A stretch of DNA of 64,000 nucleotides, taken from IMG/VR virus record IMGVR_UViG_3300035138_000032, positions 1 to 64,000 of that record; one strand, given 5' to 3'. This document shows positions 35,922 through 46,397 of this stretch, one piece after another. The first letter of the stretch is position 1; the number at the start of each line of letters is the position of its first letter. Both the position numbers and the translations under genes were made by a program. The notes below the pieces were generated by a model. The model ran no database searches, was not told the DNA's origin, and worked only from the letters and a program-made list of their open reading frames with translations. Source of the stretch: a virus.

Positions 35922-37742
35922 ATGGATATTAATAAAGTTACAAAAGAGTTACAAGAGAAATACCCCGACGTGGGCATAAAATCTATATCCGTGGATGAGG
36001 CCTCCGGTAAGTCTACTTTTTATTTGGATCCTAAACCAAAAACCCTTGCATTTCTAGAAAGAGGTGGTATTGTTCCAAAGGCCTTTAAAGATAAGGCCGC
36101 TGTAATTAACAGGGACCTATTGGACAGAAACTTTCTTGATCTTGCTAAAAAAGATCCCTTATCACAGACCCCAAAAGAACAATTTAAAAACGCTATTAAT
36201 TACTACCACACAGTTCCAGAGATAGGGAGTTCGACTAATATATTAGCAGGGCTTTCGTCTAAGGGGTTCGAGCATGATATAGACGATGAAAAAATAAAAA
36301 GTTTTTTCGATGTGTGGGCATTTGATGTTAGATTCCATGAGGTACTTGATTGGATTTTTTTAGACTTCTTTAAATACGGGCATGTGACAACTTATAAAGT
36401 ATTAGCCAAATACGAGCCTCGTGTATCTCATTTATCACCGATACCAGGCCAAAAACTCAAGAAAAGTACTGGCCAAATAGAATCAGCAGCAAAGAAAAAC
36501 ATATGGTCAAAAGGCCACCTGCCCGTAGGATACACTGTACTAAATCCGGAATTAGTAAATATCTCAGGAAACTTGTTGTTTGATAAGGTAAGTGTCAAAC
36601 TAACGCCGCCTACTGAATTAACTGAATTACTAAAAAAACCGCCAGCTGAGTTAACTGAGGATGAGAAGGCATTAATAAAATCTCTACCTTCTGACTTAAG
36701 ATCCGCCGCTGAACAAGGTAAGGAATTTCAATTAGATCCACGTCTTGTAGGTTTTGTAACTTATAGAAAAATGCCTTATGAGCGATACGCTAAACCACGC
36801 TCATTTAAATTATTTGACAGTGTTGAATATAAAAAGGCTTTAAGGGATGCTGATCTAAGCACACTAGATGGTATAACTAATTATATATTAAAAATTACGA
36901 TAGGTAGTGACGAATATCCAGTCGTTACACAGACTGAGTTAGAGGCTGTGTCCCAGTTATTTAATACATCTGGTAAGTCTTTTAATGTGGTTTGGAATCA
37001 TACTCTAAGTGTGGAAAAAATAGTTTCCCCTGAGATAGGCGAGGTTTTGGGTAAAGAAAAATATGCTCAGGTAAATGATGATATTTCTGCAGGTATAGGA
37101 GTACCTAGAGCTCTAATAGATGGTATGGGCGATAGTATGAATCCATCGCAAGCTCAACTGGCCTTAAAGGGTATACAAGAAGAAATAGACTATGCTCGCC
37201 GTCAGGTTACTAGGTGGATATATGGTGAATATAGACAGATAGCCGAGGCTATGGGTTTTGATAGATTCCCTAAAATTAGATGGGATGATAGTGTACTTAA
37301 AGACACAATAATGTATATGAATATTATGTCTCAGCTGGTAGATAGGAGGATGATGAGTTACCGCACCGCGCTTGAGGAGATTGGTTTTGATTATCCTAAT
37401 GAATTAGCCAATATGGAAGAAGAGTTCGATCTTGTAGATTCAGGAATATTTGGTATAATAGGATCTCCTTGGCAACAATCCAAGGTACAAGCAGAACAGA
37501 AAGGTCCTACTGGATCACCGTCTAATGGAAGGCCTACAGGTAAGCCAGCCAAAACTAAACAACCACAAAGTCCAGATAAAAAGAATAGTACGAAAGTGAA
37601 AAAGACTACTAAACCACAAACCACCCCGTCCCAAAAAACTGCTTCATTAACTGATGTGGTAAAAGATATGACAGATGAAGTCTTTACAGAATTTATCTTG
37701 GAATTAGCTAAATTAAGAAATGAAAACGATGAGGATGAGTAA
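35922..37742 (+). CDS. Portal protein
   Basis: 606 aa, between terminase and head genes; mostly helical, with a basic Pro-rich tail. Confidence 0.75.
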   Translation: MDINKVTKELQEKYPDVGIKSISVDEASGKSTFYLDPKPKTLAFLERGGIVPKAFKDKAAVINRDLLDRNFLDLAKKDPLSQTPKEQFKNAINYYHTVPEIGSSTNILAGLSSKGFEHDIDDEKIKSFFDVWAFDVRFHEVLDWIFLDFFKYGHVTTYKVLAKYEPRVSHLSPIPGQKLKKSTGQIESAAKKNIWSKGHLPVGYTVLNPELVNISGNLLFDKVSVKLTPPTELTELLKKPPAELTEDEKALIKSLPSDLRSAAEQGKEFQLDPRLVGFVTYRKMPYERYAKPRSFKLFDSVEYKKALRDADLSTLDGITNYILKITIGSDEYPVVTQTELEAVSQLFNTSGKSFNVVWNHTLSVEKIVSPEIGEVLGKEKYAQVNDDISAGIGVPRALIDGMGDSMNPSQAQLALKGIQEEIDYARRQVTRWIYGEYRQIAEAMGFDRFPKIRWDDSVLKDTIMYMNIMSQLVDRRMMSYRTALEEIGFDYPNELANMEEEFDLVDSGIFGIIGSPWQQSKVQAEQKGPTGSPSNGRPTGKPAKTKQPQSPDKKNSTKVKKTTKPQTTPSQKTASLTDVVKDMTDEVFTEFILELAKLRNENDEDE

Positions 37743-37759
37743 AGTTAGGGAGAATCCAA

Positions 37760-38899
37760 ATGGAAAAATTTTATATAGAGGCTGATATCAGGTTGGAAGA
37801 AACCACGGATGAATTGTTTGAGGCTGCGGCAGCTGTAATAGAATTACCAAGGTCTGAGGACAAGCAACCAGATTTACAGTATTTTTCTGCAGTGTTTGTT
37901 TCGGCCGGAGCTAATTTAAACCATGCATATTTCTTACCGTCTGAGTTGGTGCGAGCTAAGGACACTATAGTTAGTAAAGCCTTGGATATAGAGCATAGTG
38001 AAGATGAGATAATAGGTCATATCTATGATAGAGCCTTTGTGGACGGTAACCATAAACGTCTAGATCTAACTGAATTGTCTAATAAAGAGGAAGGCAGTAT
38101 AAATACTGAGAATAGTGATATGCATGTGGTGATAGCCGGTGTAGTGTACAAAAATAGATTTCCGGGTGTAGCAAAAGAAATAGCCGACGGCTCTTGGAAA
38201 GTTTCAATGGAATGTTATTTTTCTGATTACGACGTTAAGGTAGGTGATTTGGTACTTTCACGTAAAGAGGCTGAAGCTATGGGACTGGCTAGTACTGACA
38301 GATTTTTTGGTAAGTTGGCTAAAGTAATGCGTGACGGTAAGGAAATAGCTGATGGTGTTATAGAGCGTGTTCTAAGGAATATAACATTTTCCGGGTGCGG
38401 AATAGTTAAAAACCCAGCAAATCCGTCCTCTGTAATATTAGAGACAGCTAGTGAAAAAGAACATAATACTGAGTGTAAAGAAGTAGTTATATTAAATTAC
38501 AGTGTAATAGACCATGATAATAAACTAACCTCTAATAAGATAGATGAGAATGACTCTGTAATTACAGACCCTTCTGACACACAACCCGATTTAAACAGTG
38601 TGGAAGAAGAAAATTCAGCGGCCCAGCCTAATGATGTTGGGATATGTGTTAATTACAAACGCCGACTTGATACTGGTGAAGAGAACAGTAACAAGGAGGA
38701 TTGGTGTACAGCTTACGATAAAAAATGCACGTCATTTTCTCGTGACACAACTGATCCAGATTGTATGAGGCATGAGATAAAGGCGGCCGCGGCCGTTATT
38801 ATTAGAGACATGTTAAATAGAGCCAATAAATTTGATAATAGAAAAGAGTTAACTAAAAAATTAAATAATCTTTTGGATGTAGCCAAGAAGTTGAATTAG
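37760..38899 (+). CDS. Putative prohead protease / head maturation protein
   Basis: NLNHAYF, DIEH...IIGH, VSMEC and FSGCGIVKNPA motifs; follows the portal gene. Confidence 0.65.
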   Translation: MEKFYIEADIRLEETTDELFEAAAAVIELPRSEDKQPDLQYFSAVFVSAGANLNHAYFLPSELVRAKDTIVSKALDIEHSEDEIIGHIYDRAFVDGNHKRLDLTELSNKEEGSINTENSDMHVVIAGVVYKNRFPGVAKEIADGSWKVSMECYFSDYDVKVGDLVLSRKEAEAMGLASTDRFFGKLAKVMRDGKEIADGVIERVLRNITFSGCGIVKNPANPSSVILETASEKEHNTECKEVVILNYSVIDHDNKLTSNKIDENDSVITDPSDTQPDLNSVEEENSAAQPNDVGICVNYKRRLDTGEENSNKEDWCTAYDKKCTSFSRDTTDPDCMRHEIKAAAAVIIRDMLNRANKFDNRKELTKKLNNLLDVAKKLN

Positions 38900-38951
38900 A
38901 AGCTGCTCGACACGAGGCAGTTAAAACTAGATCGTAGAGGAGGTTTTTATT

Positions 38952-39359
38952 ATGCCAAGTATAAACATTGGACAACAGGGTTTACTTAAGAGTATTCCGA
39001 AAATTACTCGTATAAATGGTGATGACGCACTAGCCGTTATTTATCGTAATATGGGTAATAACCATGCGTATCCTTTCGTATGGGCAGAAACAGTTACATT
39101 TAGTGGGGCTGGTACCGTTACATTGGTTAGTGGGGTTAAGTTTCATGGTATGGCCGCTGCTACTTACTGTAAAGTAACGCTTGGTCCTCAAGCGTCGGGT
39201 ATGAATCCGTATGTTACTAAGGATACTGGTACTAACAAAATTAGTATCACCTCTAGTGCGGCTGGTTCCTGTGATGTAATGGTTATGATGGGAGTTAGTC
39301 CTGATGTTAGCACAATGGCTTGTCGCGGTAATACTGGCGCTGCCCAGTCGTTACCGTAA
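38952..39359 (+). CDS. Putative head-associated structural protein
   Basis: Beta-rich, rich in small residues, located in the head module. Confidence 0.55.
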   Translation: MPSINIGQQGLLKSIPKITRINGDDALAVIYRNMGNNHAYPFVWAETVTFSGAGTVTLVSGVKFHGMAAATYCKVTLGPQASGMNPYVTKDTGTNKISITSSAAGSCDVMVMMGVSPDVSTMACRGNTGAAQSLP

Positions 39360-39460
39360 TCTTTTTTTGTTTTAGGTACTTGGAAAAGGTATAGATGAAT
39401 TAAATTTATTCAGGTTGGAAAAATAAATATCTCATTAAAATTTATAGGAGGTATTACTCT

Positions 39461-40147
39461 ATGAGTGATGAACTGAAAAAAGATGTGGAGAGGCTTGTTA
39501 CTGAAATTTTTTCTCAGAAAGAGGAAGAAGCACAGAGAGCTGAAACCGAGAGGGCTCTCAACAAATCCGCTGAAGCTATCTCCCAGTTAACAGAATCCTT
39601 GGAGGCTAAAAATACCGAATTGGAAGAGGTTGCTGGTACCATCGAGAGTTTGAATAGTAAAATTGACGAGTTGACTTCTGAGCTTGAGGCGGCTAAGAAG
39701 GAAACCGAAGAGAAGGCTAATAAACTCACTGAAGCGGAGACTTTAATTGATAATATGAATAAAGACAAAGCTGCTGAGATCAGAATGAATGAATTGGTTA
39801 GTGTTGGTGTAGCTCTCTCTGATAAGAAGACTCAGTCTGCTAAGGTTAGAGAGATGAGTGATGAGGAATTTGCTTCTTATAAAGAAGAGTTGACTTCTAT
39901 AAGGGCAGCGGTTGAGGCCGAATTGGCTAAGAAACCCGTTGACTCTGTGGTTGTCGAACCGACTCCGAATACACCTACAGTGGAAGACGCTAATGCAGAT
40001 GGTGATTCAGATGATTTGGCTCCTGCTAATGTAGACCCAAATCTTACTGCATCAGCAGCTATGAATTTAGAAGTGAAAACTGATGACAGCTTCCTGTCAA
40101 AGTACGCTGAATTAGGCAAGGCTATGGCAGCGAAGATGAAAAATTAG
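39461..40147 (+). CDS. Scaffolding protein
   Basis: Acidic coiled coil upstream of the capsid genes. Confidence 0.65.
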   Translation: MSDELKKDVERLVTEIFSQKEEEAQRAETERALNKSAEAISQLTESLEAKNTELEEVAGTIESLNSKIDELTSELEAAKKETEEKANKLTEAETLIDNMNKDKAAEIRMNELVSVGVALSDKKTQSAKVREMSDEEFASYKEELTSIRAAVEAELAKKPVDSVVVEPTPNTPTVEDANADGDSDDLAPANVDPNLTASAAMNLEVKTDDSFLSKYAELGKAMAAKMKN

Positions 40148-40168
40148 AAATAAGGAGGAACTGGGGGT

Positions 40169-40816
40169 ATGTTTAGTCCAAGACATCCTGTTGTTTTAAA
40201 TCAATTTTGTAGTTACGGGGCACAGACAGCCACATCTACTGGCGGCGTTGGCGCTGTAGTAGCTTATGCTGGTTCCGTTGTTTATCTTGATTCTTCAGCT
40301 GCAAATCAGGACGCTATCGTCTATAAAATGGCGCATGGTGTTACTGCCACGCCATTTGGGATCGCTATGCAGAAGGTCAAGACTGGGTATCACCAAGTAC
40401 ATCCTACTGGTTTTATGATGCCCGGTGATTTGGGGTCTAGTGATGTGCTTGCCCAGCCGGATTACGATAGTAATGGTGATATCCAGGGTACCAAAGAGGC
40501 ACCTTTGGGTGTCGCTCATCTTGGTATTTGGGATACCGTGCATTATACTTGTGACATGACAGCGAGTGTTATTCAAACTGGCGATAATATGAAACCAGGT
40601 GACGCGTTGTATGTTGCGGCCGATGAGGCTAAGCTGACTAATAATAGTACTGATGTTTCCGTAGGTACAGCTTCCACAGATAAGGCTAATGGGTCTTATA
40701 TCGATGGTCAGACTACAGCTGTGGGTATATGTATGAAGGGAGCCAGTTTGGCTAAGTGTCAGGCTAATTTTAACAACACAACTCTATATCCGATAAGGGT
40801 AAAGCTGTTGGTGTAA
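40169..40816 (+). CDS. Head decoration/cement-like protein
   Basis: Beta-rich, with PGDALYV and AVGIC motifs; directly upstream of the major capsid gene. Confidence 0.6.
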   Translation: MFSPRHPVVLNQFCSYGAQTATSTGGVGAVVAYAGSVVYLDSSAANQDAIVYKMAHGVTATPFGIAMQKVKTGYHQVHPTGFMMPGDLGSSDVLAQPDYDSNGDIQGTKEAPLGVAHLGIWDTVHYTCDMTASVIQTGDNMKPGDALYVAADEAKLTNNSTDVSVGTASTDKANGSYIDGQTTAVGICMKGASLAKCQANFNNTTLYPIRVKLLV

Positions 40817-40880
40817 GTTTTAATGGGATTAAAGCACTCTATAGTGCTTCCTAAACTAATTAAATTTGGAGGAGTTGAAT

Positions 40881-43800
40881 ATGGAACTCAAAGAAATGCA
40901 GGAATTATTTAAAGCCACTGCTGAGATTGGCCCCGCTGGTGAGGCCGCTTTTAAGGCATTTGCTGCTGCTATCACAACTCCTATCCTTCAGAAATTAGAG
41001 CTGGATTCGATTATGCGAGGAATGTTTGCTACTGAACGGTTGGCACCGGGTAAATTTTTGTGCCCCGCGTAGTTGGGAGACTACGTAGTAAACCTAACTA
41101 TATGCTGGAAACTCCTAAAGCTGTTCTTTACTGATAACGTAATAAAAAGGAAGATAAAATGGATAATCATGCAGATAACTTTATTATTAGTACTAATTAT
41201 ATAGCTGGTTTAGTGGATAGTGATTTTGGTGTTTATATAAGTAGATTTTATCCTAGAGGTAAATTACGATTAAGTCCGTGTATACAATTCGTTAATACTA
41301 ATTTTGGTTTGATTGAGTTGTGTCACAAATACTTAGATGATAATGATATAAACCATCATATAAGATTCAGGAAGGCTACAGTAGGTAAGGATAAAAAAGA
41401 GCTCACTATAAATAGACTTATTAAATGTATAGAGTTCGCGGACTTGGTGGTAGGTTGTAGTGTTGTTAGAAAACCTCAATTAGAAATAATTAGGGAATTC
41501 TGTGTTGACAGACTACATTATGTTTATGAATGTGGCTGGAAACAAAATAATACACCTTACACTGATTACCAGAAGAAATTATATGATGAGTTGTTAAATT
41601 TGAATCTTAACTATAATTATGATAATGGTAATAGAAATTACACTGCCTCTTGGTTGGCCGGTATGATAGACGGTGATGGTTCGGTATGTTTTGTTGTTAC
41701 TGAAAACAAAAAAAGTGAGTATGAATTAGTCAATGGGGATATTAGAGAATATTATCATACGCGTGTTATACCAACTATAGATATAACTACTGGATCTGAT
41801 ACTAATCGGAATAACATAATCACTATTTTTGATAATTTGGATATTAAGTATTCTATTAGAACTACTAAGTCTAAGGCCAAGAAAAGATTAGGTAAAAATA
41901 AAAAGAAATACTATTACAATCTATACATTAGGTCTTATGATGATATAGAAAAGTTCTTGTTGTATGTTAAGGATAAATTATATGCCAAACGTAGACAAGC
42001 TATACTGATGTTAGAGTACTTAGAATTAAAAAAGAATAACAAATTCAATACTGACGAAGTTTTCGATATAGTAAATAAAGTAAAGTTTTTAAACAATAAT
42101 CCTAATAATAAAGACATCTCAGAGACTACACGTTAGGTACCTTTATAGGTAATAATATAGTCCGAACTGTATGGAGACATACAGAGGTTATCTCGCGATA
42201 GCCCGCCTGAAATAAAAAAAATTCCAGGTCAAAAAGTAACAGAATGGCTCAAGCCGTTTATCCCGTAAATTGTTGCGTTTCGTAATAGTAATATTACGTC
42301 AAAATCCCCTTAATTGCTGGAAAGCCCTAAAGCTTTTTATACTGATATAGTAATAATTAAAAAGATATATGGGTAATCAGCAGCGTGTAAAAAGCGTTCA
42401 ACGACCAGGCTTTTATAGCCGTAGGCTTCAAGTGAAGCCGAAATTGGGGAAACCCTTAGAAGGGTTTTGATATGGTCTCATCTTTATGGAAACATAAAGC
42501 AGTTTCTTTGTGAAACGACATGTATTTAACGAATACATGTGAAGATATTGAGCAGAAGACTTCGAGATTCCCGTGTGGGTGTTACCGGGACTCGGTTATA
42601 TGGCTCAGAATTTCATTGAAGGTATAGGTGAAGAGGTTTACGTGCCTACGTTTAATATTAACGCGTCGGCACAGTGGAAGATTACTTATGCTCGTGATTC
42701 TCGTATTGATATTGCACAGCGTTCGGCCGCTAAGGTGGCCAAGGAATTGGCAGATTATGAGGAAGAGTAAACACACATGCTCCTTTATATAGTGATATAT
42801 AAAGCAAACTATGAATATGCTGGAAACTCTCGTTAGGTCATAGGTACTAGTCAATGTACAGTAAAAACCCTATGAATAGAGACAATCAGCAGAAATGGAG
42901 AACTTATGATTATAGAAAGAGATATCTTAAAAAATACATTTAAAGGGAATATATTTGAAACAGCTGTAGAGTTGAGAGTATCTATACAAACTGTTATGGC
43001 ATCGCTTAAAAAACACGATATGACATTTATTAAACCAAAACATATATATGGAGAATTAAAAAGAACTGATTTTTCTGATTTTCAAAAAAGTCTTTTGATA
43101 GGTAGTGTATTAGGCGATGGTCATATAGAGAAAAGATCACATTTAAAAAATGCATTATTTAGAGAAGAGCACTCCACGGATCAAGTTGAATGGTTAAAAT
43201 GGAAATATAATAATTTAAAGCCGTTTACCACTTCAAATATGTGGAATAGAGATAGAGGAAAAAAGATGTGGATGCCTGATGGTAGGAGTAATAAAAAATT
43301 ATATAATATTCAGAAAGTGTATTCTATGTCTACCGGTGTTCATCCTTATTTAACTGAATTACACAAACTTTTTTACAAAAATAAAACCAAAATTCTGCCT
43401 AAAGAGTTTTTAATAAGTAATTTTAATATGGTTTCGTTAGCGGTCTTGATAGGTGATGACGGTAATTTTTGTGAAAATAGTCTTCGTTTTTGTACTGATA
43501 ATTTTAGTAAGGAAGAGGTATATTTTTTAGCAGATCTTTTTTCTAATTTTTATAACAGTAGAATTACTGTAAGACAGCAAGACAATAAATATAGGATAGT
43601 TTTTACTTATATTAAGCAGGATTTAAAGTTTTTTGATGGTATTAAGAATATATTACCTAAATGTATGCATCATAAAGTAACTCCAGTTCTCAACGAACAC
43701 CAAGTAGCTACTCATTGAGTAGAAGGTATGTTCTGAACTCCATGGAGACATGGAGAGGTTAAAAGAAATTTTAGCCCGCCTGAAAATAAATAATTTCAGG

Positions 43801-44478
43801 TCATAAAAGTAACAGAGTGGTGGTTGGAGAGTTATTATGCCAGCTTGTACATCGTCTTTTTCTGGTAAAGGTCTGTTAGGGTCCAGGCCTGCTCCGATTT
43901 ATGAAATCAACCCAGCTTCTACAGGAGCTGGATACCTTTCTAAGGAACTCATCAATAAAATGATGGTTGGTTTCAAGAGAGTAGGACGCCAGTTGACTGA
44001 TTTGTATATATCTCCTGAAGATGCGGCTGACATTCGTGAATGGACGGATACGGATATTGACCCCATTACACGGCGAGAAGTTTTCCAGGCGGCCGGAATG
44101 GGAGTTATTTGGAATGTGACAATGCATGAAGTTCAGCATCTTGGCGCCACTGGTCTTTATAACATAAATGGTTACGGATCTGAGTATGGTAAGTTTATTG
44201 CTGCTAGTGGAAATACTTACAATCAGTATACTCTTGATAATCCTAATTTGACCAATGCTGATGGTACCATTAATACGCTGGGCGAGACCCAGATTATAGG
44301 TTTTGACTCTACTGTCAATGATTCTCTTGTTATGCCTATTCGAAAGGAATATGAAGCATACGATGATCCTACTCTGCTTCGTTCTCAACAGCAAGGGTTT
44401 TTTGGATGGGCAGAGCTTGGATTCGCCTGTCTTGATCCGAGAATGCTAGGTATTGGAGTTATTGATAGAAGTCTGTAA
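40881..44478 (+). CDS. Major capsid protein in four exons (40881-41051, 42247-42266, 42551-42768, 43820-44478); 355 aa when spliced
   Basis: The joined exons total 1068 nt in one open frame: ...ERLAPG|AQAVYPV|AEDFEIPVW...DYEEE|CGWRVIMPA...; size and position fit a major capsid protein. Confidence 0.85.
41052..42246 (+). mobile_element. Group I intron 1 with a LAGLIDADG ORF
   Basis: Exon ends in U, intron ends in G; P TGCTGGAAA, R CAGAGACTA, S ATATAGTCC; P9 CTGTATG-GAGA-CATACAG. Confidence 0.9.
41159..42136 (+). CDS. Two-motif LAGLIDADG homing endonuclease (intron 1)
   Basis: YIAGLVDSDFG and WLAGMIDGDGS; the ORF ends in the R element (ISETTR). Confidence 0.9.
   Translation: MDNHADNFIISTNYIAGLVDSDFGVYISRFYPRGKLRLSPCIQFVNTNFGLIELCHKYLDDNDINHHIRFRKATVGKDKKELTINRLIKCIEFADLVVGCSVVRKPQLEIIREFCVDRLHYVYECGWKQNNTPYTDYQKKLYDELLNLNLNYNYDNGNRNYTASWLAGMIDGDGSVCFVVTENKKSEYELVNGDIREYYHTRVIPTIDITTGSDTNRNNIITIFDNLDIKYSIRTTKSKAKKRLGKNKKKYYYNLYIRSYDDIEKFLLYVKDKLYAKRRQAILMLEYLELKKNNKFNTDEVFDIVNKVKFLNNNPNNKDISETTR
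42267..42550 (+). mobile_element. Group I intron 2, ORF-less, 284 nt
   Basis: TTGCTGGAAA, AATCAGCAG, CAACGACCA and ATATGGTCT; P9 CTTTATG-GAAA-CATAAAG; IGS TTGTTGCG pairs with both exons. Confidence 0.9.
42769..43819 (+). mobile_element. Group I intron 3 with a LAGLIDADG ORF
   Basis: P1 GAGU/GCUC; ATGCTGGAAA, AATCAGCAG, CAACGAACA and GTATGTTCT; 3' end GTAACAGAGTG resembles that of intron 1. Confidence 0.9.
42906..43718 (+). CDS. LAGLIDADG homing endonuclease (intron 3)
   Basis: LLIGSVLGDGH and LAVLIGDDGN. Confidence 0.9.
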   Translation: MIIERDILKNTFKGNIFETAVELRVSIQTVMASLKKHDMTFIKPKHIYGELKRTDFSDFQKSLLIGSVLGDGHIEKRSHLKNALFREEHSTDQVEWLKWKYNNLKPFTTSNMWNRDRGKKMWMPDGRSNKKLYNIQKVYSMSTGVHPYLTELHKLFYKNKTKILPKEFLISNFNMVSLAVLIGDDGNFCENSLRFCTDNFSKEEVYFLADLFSNFYNSRITVRQQDNKYRIVFTYIKQDLKFFDGIKNILPKCMHHKVTPVLNEHQVATH

Positions 44479-44489
44479 TTTTTGCTATA

Positions 44490-44539
44490 AAACAATACTT
44501 TATATACCCTCTAAACTTATGGTGTATAAAGTATTGTTT
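44490..44539 (+). terminator. 19-bp hairpin after the major capsid gene
   Basis: AAACAATACTTTATATACC / GGTGTATAAAGTATTGTTT (one G-U pair). Confidence 0.6.
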
Positions 44540-44552
44540 AACTATTCTATTT

Positions 44553-46058
44553 ATGTACAAAGATAAGAAATGTCAATATAAACAGTGTGATAATATTTTT
44601 ACTCCTACTACAGGGAGTCAAAAGTATTGTTCATCCTGTGCTATTAAATCTAAACAGGAAAAGGACAGGCTAAGGTGGCGAGATCGTAACAGAGAGCTTA
44701 ATTGTTATAAAGAATATACAAGGTTATGTAAAATATGCGGTAAAGAGTTTAAAACATTTTATAAAAAGAAAATTTATTGTGGCTCAGAGAAGTGTGAAGC
44801 AGAACGTATTAGATTGAAAAATAAAAATTATCATGAAAAAAGAGATCATGATTATATGATAGGGAAAGGTAGAAGTTATTATAGAAAAAATAAAGCTTCT
44901 ATTTTATTAAAGAAAGCCGCAGTATATAGAAAAAATAATAAAAATGTAAAGAGATATAAAAATAAAATACACATTCATAATATTGATTATATACGAAACT
45001 ATGTTGAAGAGCGCGGTTACCAATTACTTTCAAAAGAATATTTAAATAGTAAAAGTAAAATTAAATTAAAGTGTCCTAATGGGCATACTTGGAAAACAAC
45101 TTTTCATAATTTTAGAGATGCTAATAGCAGGGGAGAGATCATTACTGGGGCTAGATGTATTACATGTTATTTGAACAATAATTATACGTCCAAACCTGAA
45201 CAGAAAATTCGTGATTTTTTTAAGGAACATCACCCCAATATAAAATGTCTATATAATGATAGAACTGTAATAGGACCAAAAGAATTAGATTTGTATTTTC
45301 CTTCTAATAAAGTTGCTGTTGAGGTTTGCGGTTTATACTGGCATTCCGAAAATCTTGGTAATACTGATAGAAATTATCATTATGAAAAGATGGTAGCTTG
45401 TTTTAATAATGGAGTGAGACTAATAACGGTTTTTGAAGACGAGATCTATAATAAGTTTGATATTGTAATTTCTAGGATCTGCCAGGCATTGGGAATTATT
45501 AAACATAAGGTCTTTGCAAGAAATTGCGACGTTAGAGAGATTTCTGCTAATGAAGCTAATGGGTTTTTTGAAAAGAATCATTTACAAGGAAAGTCAAATA
45601 GTGTAAAGGCTTGGGGACTGTTTAATAATAACAAGTTAATTGCAGCATGTGGTGTAGGTAATTTATTAAGAAAACGTATATCAAATAAAAATGTATTAGA
45701 GTTGAAAAGATTCTGTTCTTTGATAAATTATACTGTTGTAGGTGGAGCAAACAAACTATTTAAGCACGTAGTTATGTATGCAAAGAAATTAGGATATGAT
45801 GAGATAAGGTCCTACTGTGATATGAGGTATGCTAATATTTTTAATGTGGTATATGATATATTAGGTTTTAAATTACTGACTTTAACTAAATATACACCAC
45901 ATCATTTTAAATCCGGTATAAGATATAGGAATTTCTCTTTGAGAAAGATTGCTGTAGAACGTGAGTCAGGTAAAACTGAATTTGAATTGAGAAAAGCTCA
46001 AGGTTATGATAGGATTTGGGATTGCGGCCACAGAACTTATGTTTATAGAATTATCTAA
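44553..46058 (+). CDS. Free-standing Hef-like homing endonuclease
   Basis: Zinc motifs; ELDLYFPSNKVAVEVCGLYWHS; NHLQG; RIWDCG; paralog of 26345..27940. Confidence 0.8.
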   Translation: MYKDKKCQYKQCDNIFTPTTGSQKYCSSCAIKSKQEKDRLRWRDRNRELNCYKEYTRLCKICGKEFKTFYKKKIYCGSEKCEAERIRLKNKNYHEKRDHDYMIGKGRSYYRKNKASILLKKAAVYRKNNKNVKRYKNKIHIHNIDYIRNYVEERGYQLLSKEYLNSKSKIKLKCPNGHTWKTTFHNFRDANSRGEIITGARCITCYLNNNYTSKPEQKIRDFFKEHHPNIKCLYNDRTVIGPKELDLYFPSNKVAVEVCGLYWHSENLGNTDRNYHYEKMVACFNNGVRLITVFEDEIYNKFDIVISRICQALGIIKHKVFARNCDVREISANEANGFFEKNHLQGKSNSVKAWGLFNNNKLIAACGVGNLLRKRISNKNVLELKRFCSLINYTVVGGANKLFKHVVMYAKKLGYDEIRSYCDMRYANIFNVVYDILGFKLLTLTKYTPHHFKSGIRYRNFSLRKIAVERESGKTEFELRKAQGYDRIWDCGHRTYVYRII

Positions 46059-46082
46059 CCGCTTATTGTATAGAAGGCGTTT

Positions 46083-46397
46083 ATGAATTCATTTTTAGAA
46101 ATCATATGTTTGGTTATATTTATAGAGGCTGTTACTAATATAATAAGTAAATCTGAGTTATTTAGTCCGTTCAGGGCTTTTTTATTAAGAAACAGTAAAA
46201 ACAAATTTATAGAGTTTGCACATTCTATAATAGAATGTCCTTATTGTTTGTCAGTATGGATGGGTTTGTTCTCTATGAATATGTTTTATTTTTACAGACA
46301 TAATCTATTACATGATGTTTTTATTTGGTTTATGTTTGCTATTATTTTACATAGACTATCTAATATACTTCATTATCTTATAGATAAATTACAATAA
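46083..46397 (+). CDS. Membrane protein with a CPYC motif (DUF1360-like)
   Basis: IIECPYCLSVWMG among hydrophobic helices. Confidence 0.65.
   Translation: MNSFLEIICLVIFIEAVTNIISKSELFSPFRAFLLRNSKNKFIEFAHSIIECPYCLSVWMGLFSMNMFYFYRHNLLHDVFIWFMFAIILHRLSNILHYLIDKLQ

Noticed and set aside
40866-44478. Fragmented capsid gene as a pseudogene or stop-codon recoding
   Set aside because: Three group I introns fully explain the fragments, and genes elsewhere end normally at TAA, TAG and TGA.
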